Positions 36,446 through 50,504 of a stretch of DNA of 64,000 nucleotides are shown here, piece after piece. Where the stretch lies: positions 14,910,651-14,974,650 of the forward strand of contig NC_057753.1 of NCBI RefSeq assembly GCF_004010195.1. Direction: 5' to 3'. The notes under the pieces were generated by a model. That model was not told where the DNA came from. It did no database searches and saw nothing but the letters and a program-made list of their open reading frames with translations. Source of the stretch: Chiloscyllium plagiosum (lineage: Eukaryota). Each line of letters opens with the position of its first letter. Positions within the stretch are counted from its first letter, which is position 1. The position numbers were made by a program, and so were the translations under genes.

Positions 36446-36550
36446 GTCTTTCCTGTGCTGGTACGGTCGCTTCCTCTGAAAGAGGATATCGAAGAAAACT
36501 TAACGGTGATGAACTGCATCACGTTCATGTACAAGAACAATCCCAATCAG
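36446..36550 (+). CDS. IPO4: Importin-4 exon (last one visible; terminal exons missing)
   Basis: aaag|VFPVLVRSLPLKEDIEENLTVMNCITFMYKNNPNQ|gtaagg (human LPLKEDLEE). Confidence 0.93.
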
Positions 36551-36624
36551 GTAAGGCACGCACTCAGTGCATGCTCACACACAGGTATCTGTGTGTGTGG
36601 GTCTATATATATACAGCAGGACAC

Positions 36625-39600
36625 ACTGTAATAGGGATACAGACTGCGGTGTGATCACCCATCAGTACGCACTGTAATAGGGAGGGAGACTGCGGTGTGA
36701 ACACCCATCAGTACGCACTGTAATAGGGATACAGACTGCGGTATGAACACCCATCAGTACGCACTGTAATAGGGAGAGGGACTGCGGTGTGAACACCCAT
36801 CAGTACGCACTGTAATAGGGATACAGACTGCGGTGTGAACACCCATCAGTACGCACTGTAATAGGGATACAGACTGCGGTGTGAACACCCATCAGTACGC
36901 ACTGTAATAGGGATACAGACTGCGGTGTGAACACCCATCAGTACGCACTGTAATAGGGATACAGACTGCGGTGTGAACACCCATCAGTACGCACTGTAAT
37001 AGGGAGAGAGACTGCAGTGTGAACACCCATCAGTAAGTACTGTAATAGGGAGAGAGACTGCGGTGTGAACACCCATCAGTACGCACTGTAATAGGGATAC
37101 AGACTGCGGTGTGAACACCCATCAGTACGCACTGTAATAGGGATACAGACTGCGGTGTGAACACCCATCAGTACGCACTGTAATAGGGATACAGACTGCG
37201 GTGTGAACACCCATCAGTACGCACTGTAATAGGGATACAGACTGCGGTGTGAACACCCATCAGTACGCACTGTAATAGGGAGACAGACTGCGGTGTGAAC
37301 ACCCATCAGTACGCACTGTAATAGGGAGACAGACTGCGGTGTGAACACCCATCAGTACGCACTGTAATAGGGATACAGACTGCGGTGTGAACACCCATCA
37401 GTACGCACTGTAATAGGGAGACAGACTGCGGTGTGAACACCCATCAGTACGCACTGTAATAGGGAGACAGACTGCGGTGTGAACACCCATCAGTACGCAC
37501 TGTAATAGGGAGACAGACTGCGGTGTGAACACCCATCAGTACGCACTGTAATAGGGAGACAGACTGCGGTGTGAACACCCATCAGTACGCACTGTAATAG
37601 GGAGACAGACTGCGGTGTGAACACCCATCAGTACGCACTGTAATAGGGATACAGACTACGGTGTGAACATCCATCAGTACTCACTGTAATAAGGAGAGAG
37701 ACTGCCGTGTGAACACCCATCAGTACGCACTGTAATAGGGATACAGACTACGGTGTGAACATCCATCAGTACGCACTGTAATAGGGATACAGACTACGGT
37801 GTGAACATCCATCAGTACGCACTGTAATAGGGATACAGACTACGGTGTGAACATCCATCAGTACGCACTGTAATAGGGAGAGAGACTGCAGTGTGAACAC
37901 CCATCAGTAAGTACTGTAATAGGGAGAGAGACTGCGGTGTGAACACCCATCAGTACGCACTGTAATAGGGAGAGAGACTGCAGTGTGAACACCCATCAGT
38001 AAGTACTGTAATAGGGAGAGAGACTGCGGTGTGAACACCCATCAGTACGCACTGTAATAGGGAGAGAGACTGCAGTGTGAACACCCATCAGTAAGTACTG
38101 TAATAGGGAGAGAGACTGCGGTGTGAACACCCATCAGTACGCACTGTAATAGGGAGAGAGACTGCAGTGTGAACACCCATCAGTAAGTACTGTAATAGGG
38201 AGAGAGACTGCGGTGTGAACACCCATCAGTACGCACTGTAATAGGGAGAGAGACTGCAGTGTGAACACCCATCAGTAAGTACTGTAATAGGGAGAGAGAC
38301 TGCGGTGTGAACACCCATCAGTACGCACTGTAATAGGGAGAGAGACTGCAGTGTGAACACCCATCAGTAAGTACTGTAATAGGGAGAGAGACTGCGGTGT
38401 GAACACCCATCAGTACGCACTGTAATAGGGAGAGAGACTGCAGTGTGAACACCCATCAGTACACACTGTAATAGGGATACAGACTGCGGTGTGAACACCC
38501 ATCAGTACGCACTGTAATAGGGGTACAGACTGCGGTGTGAACACCCATCAGTACGCACTGTAATAGGGGTACAGACTGCGGTGTGAACACCCATCAGTAC
38601 GCACTGTAATAGGGGTACAGACTGCGGTGTGAACACCCATCAGTACGCACTGTAATAGGGGTACAGACTGCGGTGTGAACACCCATCAGTACGCACTGTA
38701 ATAGGGGTACAGACTGCGGTGTGAACACCCATCAGTACGCACTGTAATAGGGGTACAGACTGCGGTGTGAACACCCATCAGTACGCACTGTAATAGGGAG
38801 TGAGACTGCGGTGTGAACACCCATCAGTACGCACTGTAATAGGGGTACAGACTGCGGTGTGAACACCCATCAGTACGCACTGTAATAGGGGTACAGACTG
38901 CGGTGTGAACACCCATCAGTACGCACTGTAATAGGGGTACAGACTGCGGTGTGAACACCCATCAGTACGCACTGTAATAGGGGTACAGACTGCGGTGTGA
39001 ACACCCATCAGTACGCACTGTAATAGGGGTACAGACTGCGGTGTGAACACCCATCAGTACGCACTGTAATAGGGGTACAGACTGCGGTGTGAACACCCAT
39101 CAGTACGCACTGTAATAGGGGTACAGACTGCGGTGTGAACACCCATCAGTACGCACTGTAATAGGGGTACAGACTGCGGTGTGAACACCCATCAGTACGC
39201 ACTGTAATAGGGGTACAGACTGCGGTGTGAACACCCATCAGTACGCACTGTAATAGGGGTACAGACTGCGGTGTGAACACCCATCAGTACGCACTGTAAT
39301 AGGGGTACAGACTGCGGTGTGAACACCCATCAGTACGCACTGTAATAGGGTGAGAGACTGCGGTGTGAACACCCATCAGTACGCACTGTAATAGGGAGTG
39401 AGACTGCGGTGTGAACACCCATCAGTACGCACTGTAATAGGGAGTGAGACTGCGGTGTGAACACCCATCAGTACGCACTGTAATAGGGAGTGAGACTGCG
39501 GTGTGAACACCCATCAGTACGCACTGTAATAGGGAGTGAGACTGCGGTGTGAACACCCATCAGTACGCACTGTAATAGGGTGAGAGACTGCGGTGTGAAC

Positions 39601-40514
39601 ACCCATCAGTACGCACTGTAATAGGGGTACAGACTGCGGTGTGAACACCCATCAGTACGCACTGTAATAGGGAGTGAGACTGCGGTGTGAACACCCATCA
39701 GTACGCACTGTAATAGGGAGTGAGACTGCGGTGTGAACACCCATCAGTACGCACTGTAATAGGGAGTGAGACTGCGGTGTGAACACCCATCAGTACGCAC
39801 TGTAATAGGGAGTGAGACTGCGGTGTGAACACCCATCAGTATGCACTGTAATAGGGATACAGACTTCGGTGTGAACACCCATCAGTACGCACTGTAATAG
39901 GGAGTGAGACTGCGGTGTGAACACCCATCAGTACGCACTGTAATAGGGAGAGAGACTGCTGTGTGAACACCCATCAGTACGCACTGTAATAGGGAGTGAG
40001 ACTGCGGTGTGAACACCCATCAGTACGCACTGTAATAGGGAGTGAGACTGCGGTGTGAACACCCATCAGTACGCACTGTAATAGGGAGTGAGACTGCGGT
40101 GTGAACACCCATCAGTACGCACTGTAATAGGGAGTGAGACTGCGGTGTGAACACCCATCAGTACGCACTGTAATAGGGAGTGAGACTGCGGTGTGAACAC
40201 CCATCAGTACGCACTGTAATAGGGAGTGAGACTGCGGTGTGAACACCCATCAGTACGCACTGTAATAGGGAGGGAGACTGCGGTGTGAACACCCATCAGT
40301 ACGCACTGTAATAGGGAGGGAGACTGCGGTGTGAACACCCATCAGTACGCACTGTAATAGGGAGGGAGACTGCGGTGTGAACACCCATCAGTACGCACTG
40401 TAATAGGGAGGGAGACTGCGGTGTGAACACCCATCAGTACGCACTGTAATAGGGAGGGAGACTGCGGTGTGAACACCCATCAGTACGCACTGTAATAGGG
40501 AGAGGGACTGCGGT
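36625..40514 (+). repeat. 46-bp minisatellite, about 84 copies, running into the gap
   Basis: Unit ACTGTAATAGGGATACAGACTGCGGTGTGAACACCCATCAGTACGC; variation concentrated in the few bases after AATAGGG. Confidence 0.97.
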
Positions 40515-41039
40515 NNNNNNNNNNNNNNNNNNNNNNNNNNNNNNNNNNNNNNNNNNNNNNNNNNNNNNNNNNNNNNNNNNNNNNNNNNNNNNNNNNNNNN
40601 NNNNNNNNNNNNNNNNNNNNNNNNNNNNNNNNNNNNNNNNNNNNNNNNNNNNNNNNNNNNNNNNNNNNNNNNNNNNNNNNNNNNNNNNNNNNNNNNNNNN
40701 NNNNNNNNNNNNNNNNNNNNNNNNNNNNNNNNNNNNNNNNNNNNNNNNNNNNNNNNNNNNNNNNNNNNNNNNNNNNNNNNNNNNNNNNNNNNNNNNNNNN
40801 NNNNNNNNNNNNNNNNNNNNNNNNNNNNNNNNNNNNNNNNNNNNNNNNNNNNNNNNNNNNNNNNNNNNNNNNNNNNNNNNNNNNNNNNNNNNNNNNNNNN
40901 NNNNNNNNNNNNNNNNNNNNNNNNNNNNNNNNNNNNNNNNNNNNNNNNNNNNNNNNNNNNNNNNNNNNNNNNNNNNNNNNNNNNNNNNNNNNNNNNNNNN
41001 NNNNNNNNNNNNNNATCTTCTTATTACGTTATAAGATAT

Positions 41040-41570
41040 GGGGTTCGACCAAAAAAGAAATATCCTGCACAGTCCTAGTCACCATAATATCAGAAGGAGG
41101 TGACAGTATTGGAAAAGGTGCAGTGGAGATCTACTGAGGTTTCGCCTGGAATGAATGCCTCAGTTCCGAGTTGAGTGTGGATTGGCAAGTTTCGCTTTCC
41201 TTGAGCAGACGAAGGCTGAGAGGAGAATTGATTGAGTGATGCAAAAGCATGAAATGGTAGATTGAGTGAAACCTTTGCCCATAGTCGATGGGTTTGAGAG
41301 CATCCAGCATAGATTTAAATTGAGGAACAAGTGTTTTCAAGGAGTTCTGAGACAATTTCATTTTGACTGAGAGAATAGTAGACACGTGGTACTGGCTGCC
41401 TGAGATGGTGAGGAGGCAGGTACTCTCGTAACATTGAAGAAGCATCTGGATAAGGACTTAAAATGTCAGGGAACAGTAGACAGTGGGTAAAGTGCAGGCA
41501 GGTGAGATTGTTCAATATACACATTGAGGTCTGAAGGTCTGTTTATCTATGGGATGTGTGACGCTGTAAC
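41040..41570 (+). mobile_element. Old CR1 LINE 3' end
   Basis: Decayed 'YQKEV..LEKVQWR' and 'LEQTKAERR' segments followed by the CR1 tail. The tail region is tandemly duplicated at ~41529-41755. Confidence 0.65.
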
Positions 41571-42876
41571 CTTTATTTCAACCTGTAACCTTCCCACTGG
41601 GGAAGATGATGGCCTAGTGGTGTTATCATTGGTCTGTTCGCTAGCGAGTCTGAAGGTCTGTTTATCTATGGGATGTGTGACGCTGTAACCTTTATTTCAA
41701 TACCATTGGGGAAGATGATGGCCTAGTGGTGTTATCATTGGTCTGTTCGCTAGCGACACCCTCACCACGTGAATTAATAAAGAAAAACTATCTTAAATAA
41801 ATGTTGGCATCACTCTGCATCACTAAAGAGAAATCCAGCCAATGGTATCAACACTTTCCCGCATTGACTGAGGATACCTTTTTCAAACTCAGCTCTGGTC
41901 TGGTGTTTGGTTGTCTCCCGGTTAATCTCACTATTATTCGTCTGTGTCTCTGTCTCTCTCTCTCTCTAATAATAGAACAGCCTGATGGTCCTCTGGGACT
42001 TGACCTTTTAACTTTCATTAGCACAGACCTCATTTACAAGCTTACGTGCCCGGAGCTCTGCACATCTCTTATTAAAAGCATGGAATGGCAGCCTTGTCTG
42101 TTCGAGTATTCCCTTGGCTCACTGATCTCTCAATGATGAAATCTCTCTCGTCACCCCTACTGAAATCGCGCACACCGCACTGAAATAACATGAACACTTT
42201 TCCTAGATATCCTGAGCCAGCTGAAACGTCAAATCTACCAACTGCAGTTACCTTTTAATGAAATTCTCTCTCATGTTTCCAAGCAGCAGTGAATGTGGAC
42301 GCAATTAATCTTATGGTCCTTCAGCAGAATAAAGAAACCTGCTCTCTCAGAAATCAGTTTGGTGAATTTCATTGCAAACACTTTACTGCAAGGCATTGCT
42401 TCTGGGGCAAGATAAAAATAACTACACAAAACAGGCCAGCCGTGGTCTCTGCAACATCTGCACAAGGACGGTTGAAAGCAACCTTGCTTCTGTGTTCAAA
42501 TTCTTGTTCAATGAAGGCCTGCATGCCTTTCCATCTCGGACCTGCATCCTTCTGTACAGTTCCTGGTGCACTGGGTCACCCATAAAATGTTGTTAATCGT
42601 CTCTTGCTGAATTTTAATACTCTTCTCTCTTATTTTCTGTCTCCTATCGTTAACCTCACCCTTTTCCCAATTATATCGCATCTTTCATGTGTTGCTCACT
42701 CACTCACGTGTCTGGATGGCATTGAAGTAAAGCTGGCAACACCACATTTGATCCCCTCAACTATAATAATTGACTGTATATGCCCCACCGTCAAGTTCTC
42801 GTACACATCATTTATTCCCGCCTTCCAGTGAAAATGCTCAGTTTTTCCTGTCCGTGAACTAGCTCTCTGTCCTGGC

Positions 42877-43393
42877 CAGCAGATTTGGGATGAAAAATGT
42901 GAACCGACTATGTTAAAGTTGAGAAAAGAGAAACAGGGCCACAGCCCGTGGCAGTAAAAGACCTGGTACTGTCCATGCAAATAATCGGATAATGGGAAAA
43001 TTCTAAAGTATCAAATGGAATCAGATAATGATTTCAGGAATGGATGGTAGGCCATTCATATTTACGTGCAATAGCGTGTACTTCAAGTTTGAACACCGAC
43101 CTCTGAATTGGGAGTTTATCGACAGTGTTGTAAAATTCATAAACAGCACGTGGACCGGTTCTCCCACGTTTAATATGATAGTTACACCTGAAAAATTGTA
43201 GAGCCCCTAAATATGAATTGCCTACCATCCATTCCTGAAATCTTTATGATTCCATTTGATGCTTTAGAATTTTCCCATTATCCGATTATTTGCATGGACA
43301 GTACCAGGTCTTTTACTGCCACAGGCTGTGGCCCTGTTTCTCTCTTCTCAACTTTAACATAGTCGGTTCACATTTTTCATCCCAAATCTGCTG
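42877..43393. repeat. Inverted repeat, ~186-bp near-identical arms with ~145-bp spacer
   Basis: CAGCAGATTTGGGATGAAAAATGTGAACCG...CATATTTA (42877-43063) mirrored at 43208-43393. Confidence 0.9.
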
Positions 43394-43404
43394 ACTTTGT
43401 TTTC

Positions 43405-46035
43405 AGAATGCACAATGGGTTTGTATCTGGGACTTTGATGTTGTGGCCATTTCGGACACATGGATCGAACAGGGACGGGAATGGATGTGGCAGTTTCTGG
43501 GATTTAGATGTTTCAGTAAGAACAGAGAAAAATGTAAAAGACAGGGAGATGTGGCACTGTTAGTCAAGGACAGTGTTACAGTAGCAGAAAGGACGTTTGA
43601 GGACTCGTATACCGAGGTAGTATGGGCTAAGGTTAGAAACAGAAAGGGAGAGGTCACTCTGCTGGGAGGTTTCTATTGGCGTCCAAAAGGTTCCAGAGAT
43701 GGAGTGGAAAGGATAGCAAAGATAATTCTGGATAGAAGCGAGAGTAACAGGGTAGTTGTTATGGGGGCTAACTTTCGAAATATTGACTGGAAATACTATA
43801 CCATTGTTCGAGTACTTTAGATAGGTCAGATTTTGTTCAATGTGTGCAGGACGGTTTCCTGACACAGTATGTTAGACAGGCAACAAGGTACGAGGCCACA
43901 TTGAATTTGGTGGTGGGTATTGAACCTGGCCAGGTGTTAGATTTGGAGGTAGGTTAGCACTTTGGTGATAGTGACCACAATTCGGTTATGTTTACTTTAG
44001 CGGTGGAAAATGATAGATATATGCTGCAGAGCACGAGTTATCGCTCAGGGACTGGCAATTATGTATGTGTCTGTCAAGCAGCGAGCGAGCCGTCGTTTAC
44101 CAACGAAGTTGACTCTCTTAGCAAGTGGAAGAAGAAAGCTTACGTTAGGAGGCGACGTGAAGACTCAGACATGGTGCATGAGAGTTACCAGTTAGCCAGG
44201 AAAGTCTTTGAGTGAGAACTAAGAAGAGCCAGAAGGGGACATGATAGGTATTTGGCAGATAGGATCAAGGAAAACCTTGTGGCTTTCTGCAGGTAAATCA
44301 GGAGTAAACAATGATCAGAGAAAGATTGGGGCCAATCAAGAATAGTAGTGAGAAGTTGTGCATGGAGTCTGAGGTGATCGGAGAAGCTCTAAATGAATAT
44401 TTCGTCAGTATTTACATTGGAAAAAGACAATGTTATCGTGGCGAATACTAAGGCTACGAGACATATTGGGATTGAGGTTCACAAAAAGGAGGTGTTTGTA
44501 ATTCTGGAAAGTTTGCAAATTGATAAGTCCCCTGGGCCAGTTGGGATTCAATGTAGGATTCTCTGGGAAGCCAGGGTGGAGATTTCAGAGCCATTGGCTT
44601 TGATCTTTATGTCGTCATTGTCTACATGAAATGTGCCAGAAAGCTGGAGGATAGCAAATATTGTCCCCTTGTTCAAGAAGGGCGAGTAGGAACAGCCCTG
44701 GTGAGTATAGACCAGTGAGTCTTGTACGATTGAGGGTAAAGTGTTTCAAACTGCTCCAGAAGAGAGGATTTATAGTCACCAAGAGAGGAATCAGTTGATT
44801 GGGGGTAGTTGAGGCTTTGTGAAGTGCAGGTCGTGCCTCACAAGCCTTACTGAGTTCTTTAAGATGGGGACCAAACAAGTGGGTGAGGATAAAGCGTTTG
44901 AAGTGGTATATATGGATTTCAGTAAGGCGTTTGATCAGGTTCCCCACGGTAGGCTATTGCACAAAGTGCTCAGGTATAGGATTGAGAGTAATTTAGCAGT
45001 TTGGATCTGAGGTCGGCTATCTGAAAGAAGATAGAGGGTGGTTATTGACGGGAAATGTTTATCCTGGAGTTCAGTTACTTGGGGTGTACGGCAATAAACC
45101 GTTTTGTGGATACTGCTGTTTGTCATTTATATAAATGACCTAAATGTGTGCAGAGAAGAATGACTGAGTAAATTGGCAGATTACACGAATGTCGGTGGAG
45201 TTGTGGATAGTGCTGAAGAATGTTGTAGGTTGCAAAGCGACAGAGATATGCTGCAGAGCTGGCGTGTGAGTTAGGAAATGGAGTTTAATGCGGAAAAATG
45301 TGAAGTGATTCACTTTGGCAGGAGTAACCAGAGTAAAGAGTTCTGGGCTAATGGTAAGATGCTTGGTGATATAAATGAGCAGAGCGCTCTCGGTGTCCAT
45401 GAGCATAAATCCTGATAGTTGCCACCTAGATTGATAGTGTTTTAAAGAAAGTGTTTGGGGTGTTAGCTTTTATTTGCAGAGGGATTGAATTTCGGAACCA
45501 TGAGGTCATGCCGCAGCTGTACAAAGATCTGGTCTGGCTGCATTTGGAGTATTGCATACAGTTATGGTCACTGCATTATAGGAAGGATGTGGAAGCTATA
45601 GAAAGCGATCAGAGGAGATTTACTTGGAAGTTTCCTGGTTTGAAGGGAAGCTCTTATGAGTAAAGTCTGAGGGACTTGAGACAGTTTTCGTTATAGAGAA
45701 TAAGGTTGAGAGGTGACTTAATTGACACATACGACAATCAAAGGGGTGGACAGGGTGGACAGTGAGAGCCGTTTTCATCGCATAGTGATGGCACGCACAA
45801 AGGAACACAGCTTTAAATTGAGGGATGATAGACATAGGAGCATTTGTTTTCCCTCGGAGAGTAGTAGTAGTACGGCGTGGAACACAGTCGTCTCGCCAAC
45901 TTTAAGGTTATTTAAATGTTCATTGGAGAGACATATTGATGGAAATAGAATCAACTTCAGATTGGTTCCACAGATTGGCGCAACATCGAGGGCCGAAGGG
46001 ACTGGAATATGCTGTAATTTTCTATGTTCTATGTT
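43405..46035 (+). mobile_element. Degenerate CR1 LINE covering most of ORF2 (EN and RT) and the tail
   Basis: 'DVVAISDTWI', 'GDVALLVKDS', 'RVVVMGANF', 'DKSPGP', 'VVYMDFSKAFDQVPHGRL', 'LHLEYCIQLWS', (TTCTATG)-type tail. Confidence 0.92.
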
Positions 46036-47419
46036 CGAGCAATGTGGCTGACCGAAACATGCATCAAATCTATTGCCACCTCCTATAATGGTGGGAAGTG
46101 CAGGTTCCCAGTCTCTATGATTGATAAACGTTTTGTATGTAATATAAATCTAAAGTCACAGTTCCCCATGGCGTCAAGTCACAGACAATTTACAGATGAG
46201 GAACATAAGAAAACTTGATATTTGGCAAATTTGAATGATGGTGCGCTGTTAATGCATCGCACTGCACTGGTCCCACAAGAACCAGCAATTTTCGGAGCAA
46301 AGTCAACACAATTTGATATTTGAGCATATTTCACAGACGAAGAGGAAAAAAAATCAAACATTCCCTCTCACGAGTAAGTTACTAAATAAATTCAAATAAA
46401 TGATTATGATTGTTTAAATATTGGAAGGAATGATGAGGGAGCTGGTAAACCAGTGGAGTGGCGGAGATGTGGAAGTCACTACCTGCAACAATGACAAAAT
46501 AAGATTCCTGGGGACTTAATGAGTATTTCTTTTAAACAAAAAGCTTAGTTCAATGGTTAACATTTTTGGATGATGGAAAGCTGAAATCAAAAACAAGCAA
46601 GGCAAACATTTGAGGAAGATATTAGGCCTGGGAGCATCTGTGGACAGAGGAGAGTTAACATCTTGAGTAGAACGTGACTTCTGGATGATGACAGATTTTA
46701 TGCTGTGGACAGACGGGGCGCAGGAGTGAGTGGAACAGATGGGGAGCGTGCCCATTGTAAAAGCTAATGGGCCTGCTAGCTGTGATACAGGAGACAATTA
46801 ACATTCCGAATGGGTGCGAATGATTGGGGTGAAAATTGGGCTGCCCCTGTTGAGCCCAGTGCCGACAGGACACAAACACGTGAAGGAGGAAGGGTGAATA
46901 ATCATCGAAATGAAGGTTAGAGCTTCTTTTCTGAAGTTGTTCGTCTCCATTTTGAGTCTTGAACGGTATAAAGTGCAGAAGTGGAAATTGAGCTGTTTCT
47001 CCAGCTGCTCGAAGAGATGTTGAATTGCACAGCGTCTTCAAAGTACCTGAGACCATTAATCTCCTGTGGTTGTGTGATGGCATGATATGAAATCCGGAGT
47101 GGGGACTCGCATCCAAGTCATAATCTTACACATCATTGATTCGTCAAGATGAGCTCGTGTTTGGAGCCCGGTTTCATTATACCCATTAATGGTCACATCA
47201 TTTCTCATTGGTGCAGAAGACAAGACTTCATTTCACAGTGTGTGCACATCAAAATCTAACTGTTGATGGAAATAAGCACGTGGCTGTGTACAAACCGTTT
47301 CTGAGGAGCGAGCTGTTACAGAAATCGAGGAGTAATTTGATAAGTTAAATGCTGTTCAGTATCGGTGGAGCAGCGTTCAGCTAATGTTCACATTTCACTT
47401 GGAACCACCAGCTGGGACG

Positions 47420-47465
47420 ATGCTTGTTACCGCCCTGAAATTGCTCCTTCTGCAGCTATTGAACT
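47420..47465 (+). CDS. Putative signal-peptide exon of the SRCR gene
   Basis: ATG, MLVTALKLLLLQLLN, then T|gtgagt (phase 1, matching the downstream phase-1 exons). Linkage to the SRCR exons is inferred. Confidence 0.6.
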
Positions 47466-48384
47466 GTGAGTTATGGTTTATTGAATGCATTCTCTTTATC
47501 ATTGATAGGCCATTTATTACTTACATATAAATCAGATAATGTAACGATCAGTCCATGCGAAAGAAAATATTGACATGACGTGGAATGAACATTATATTCT
47601 CTTCATTTTGCTATGATGTTTATGCACGACTTTAGAAGGCATCAGAGCTCCCTCCCCCAAACACCATCCCATCACCATTCCCTGCAATCCTTGCATTTGT
47701 TTTGCGTGGCTACTGTACAGCTCACAGAGTTGAAAGCCTACTTAATTTGTGTCTTTTAGTAACCGATTCTCTCGCTGTTTTGGCAGCGTGTGTCGTGTGT
47801 AAACTTTCTGAACAATATCCACATTTGGCAAAGTTTGTGAAAGCGTAAAATGTAAATTGGTTTTCTTTTGAATTTCTAACATTTTTATTTTGGCTGGTAT
47901 TTCTGCTGTTAGATTCCACCAAACTTTCTCCATAGTGTTGCATATCTACCATGCTGTTCACGTTCTCAAAGAAACAGAGGAACTGTGTGTCACTGTGATG
48001 TTGAGACATTTATGCACTTTTGGAAAGGATACAGGCACTATTTTCCGGAGTTAAGTTTTAAATTCATTGCTCTGATAAGGAGCACAGTTAGGTGTTTATC
48101 AAAAACAAAAACACTGTCCCGAAACTTTGACTCCACATTCTGTCCACAGACGCTGCCAGAACTGCTTGGATTCTTCTATCAATTTCTGCTTTCTGATTTC
48201 TATCAATTTCTGATTTCTAGTAACTGCAGTTCATCCTTTTTTGAACAAGTGTTTTTCTTACTTTTTGAGTTTGGTCAAAAGTTTGTCACTGCTCAGGGCA
48301 ATGTCGATAACATGCTCTGCCTGTATTGGAACACTTGATGCTGAAAGCTCAGTCGGATCATCGGGTTAGTGGCTCTTCTGAAAG

Positions 48385-48990
48385 GTTTATGCGTTTTTCA
48401 AAAATACACTTTATTCATAAAACATCTTTATGTGCATGCATTATCTGTGAAGGAGATCACTTCTATATGGTAATTCATGCAGAAACGCATTGGTATTACA
48501 TCAGACACAGTCCTGGGGAACAGACCGTAGAGCACGGAGGCCTGAGTCTCAGAACCCCTTGGTAAATAGTGCTGCAACTTTCTACAGACATACTCAGAAA
48601 AGACACATTTCACAATGAGCTCAGTGACAGTCTCTCCATCCCAACCCCAGAGCCGCTTCAATGGCAGCATGGGTTGGTTCAGGCAGTCCAGGCAGACGAG
48701 AAGGATCTCATAGGTACTGCCCTCCTCACAAGCAGCTAAGCAATGTCCTGGTGCTTGTTGGAAAGCGCTGGTGATGAGGCATTCCACCAAATTAGTTGGA
48801 CAGTCTGCTCAGGGAGCAACACGGGCAGGATCCACCCTCTCCATTTCCCGCAGAGTCCAGAGATCACTAAAGGTGTGTGTGCAACGAGCCTCAGCACTGC
48901 ACTGATCATTTCGCGCCGAGTTACTGAGAGAAAGTGTGTTTAGCAATTGCCTTTCTGAGTCAGGGGCAGGAGTGTTGCAAATTGAGGCAG
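48385..48990 (-). mobile_element. Tx1/L1-clade LINE 3' fragment
   Basis: 'WGWDGETVTELIVKCVFSEYVCRKL...SVLYGLFP' resembles the C-terminal zinc-knuckle region of Tx1/L1 ORF2; minus-strand AATAAA near 48410-48415. Confidence 0.6.
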
Positions 48991-49988
48991 GGCTGACCAT
49001 AATATAAATTTTCTGACAGTGTCAGCTCTTCGTAAATGTCAATCCGTTTTAAACATATTTCCGGTTTTCTAGTGGGAGTTGTTCCAAACAGTTCTAAAGA
49101 TGATTTGAACCGAAAACTCGAGGCAGTTTACTCGTTTTGATTTGATTTGTTTGCCCGCATTACTGTCACTTAAAGCAAGCAAACAAGAAATCAAATTCAA
49201 AGAAAATCTAAAACGGCTGGAAGATTTTCTGTTACCGTCCTGTGCGGCGGATTCTGGGCCACCAGTGAGCTCGCTGTCTGTGAAACAACAGTCAACCGCT
49301 GTGTGGAATGAGCTAACACAGATTCGGGTGTTACTCTCAGATTGCAATGATCGCAGGCGTCACCTTGTGATATAATTCATAGACCTGTTAATTTAAGCCA
49401 CTTGCCATGCATTCACGGGTCGTATCAGGGTAGAACTGATGTGTTTCTATCGATATTGGTTAATACCATAATTTTCTTCAAATAAGCCCTTGGGAAAACC
49501 GTACCATTGTAATATCCAGAAAGAATCTTTTGCTCAATCTATTCTCAATGATGAACGGGTTAGGTGACAATTAATATTCGGACATTATTCATCTGACTGT
49601 TTCTATTTGTTCAAAGAAAATGGTGGTTGTTGACTTGGTCAGCGTTCATTTGGGCTGAAAGTCCAAACTAACGGTTGTGGTCTGAATTCATGGGCCAATG
49701 CATTCCATTGAGGTCAGGCACATCACAGAATATGAGGAAGACCATCGCAAAATCCGAATCAAGCATCCAGTCAAAGTTCAGCGATGTCATTGTAACCTGG
49801 TTGGGGACTTGCATGTGGTGTTTCCATGTTCTGTTTGCAGTAATTGCTGGTGGGACCTGCAGTTTTCTTAAATTGCCTGAATGAGCTAAGGTGAAGTGAT
49901 GCCGTTAACTCCGACGGTGCCACTTCTATGGTTAAATGTTGGTCGTGGACAGATTAAACTCGTGACCCAATCGGCTGGATGGAAATCA

Positions 49989-50116
49989 TTCCTGAGGAAG
50001 TTCCTCGTGCCCGAAACGTCGATTCTCCTGCTCCTCGGACGCTGCCTGACCTGCTGCGCTTTTCCAGCGACACATTTTCAGCTCTGATCTCCAGCATCTG
50101 CAGTCCTCACTTTCTC
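49989..50116 (+). mobile_element. Short pLTR-derived element with a 14-bp TSD
   Basis: Starts (A)TTCCTGAGGAAG...CCCGAAACGTCGA; flanked by perfect CTGGATGGAAATCA repeats (49975-49988 and 50117-50130). Confidence 0.85.
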
Positions 50117-50504
50117 CTGGATGGAAATCAAGCCGAATTTCTTCGTCCCAGGTGCCAGTCTTCCTTCTGAAATCTTGTTCAGTTCAAGACAGCAAGTTAG
50201 GTAGTGTTTCTTTGATAAATCCAGAATATGCGTTGTTGATAATGGGGCACAGTTTAGGAATCAGAATGTGAATTGTACAGAAATTCCAGCAGCAGTTATC
50301 CAGTTATAGAGAAAGAATTAATATTCTGTTCAGATTCTGGTTGATGCCAAGGTGTACTTCTCTTTGACAGTTTTCATGTGTATATGTACAGAAATATCTT
50401 GCTTTGTGTTAAATACAGTTTCTGAATCTCCTTTTAAGCAAGCCTTACTCCTACTTAGACTGTGTCGTGGAATGGAATGAAAATATGAATACATTTTTCC
50501 AATT

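Noticed and set aside
36625-40514. CRISPR-like regular array with palindromic units
   Set aside because: Units are contiguous with no unique spacers, there are no cas genes, and the context is a eukaryotic intron; it is a minisatellite.
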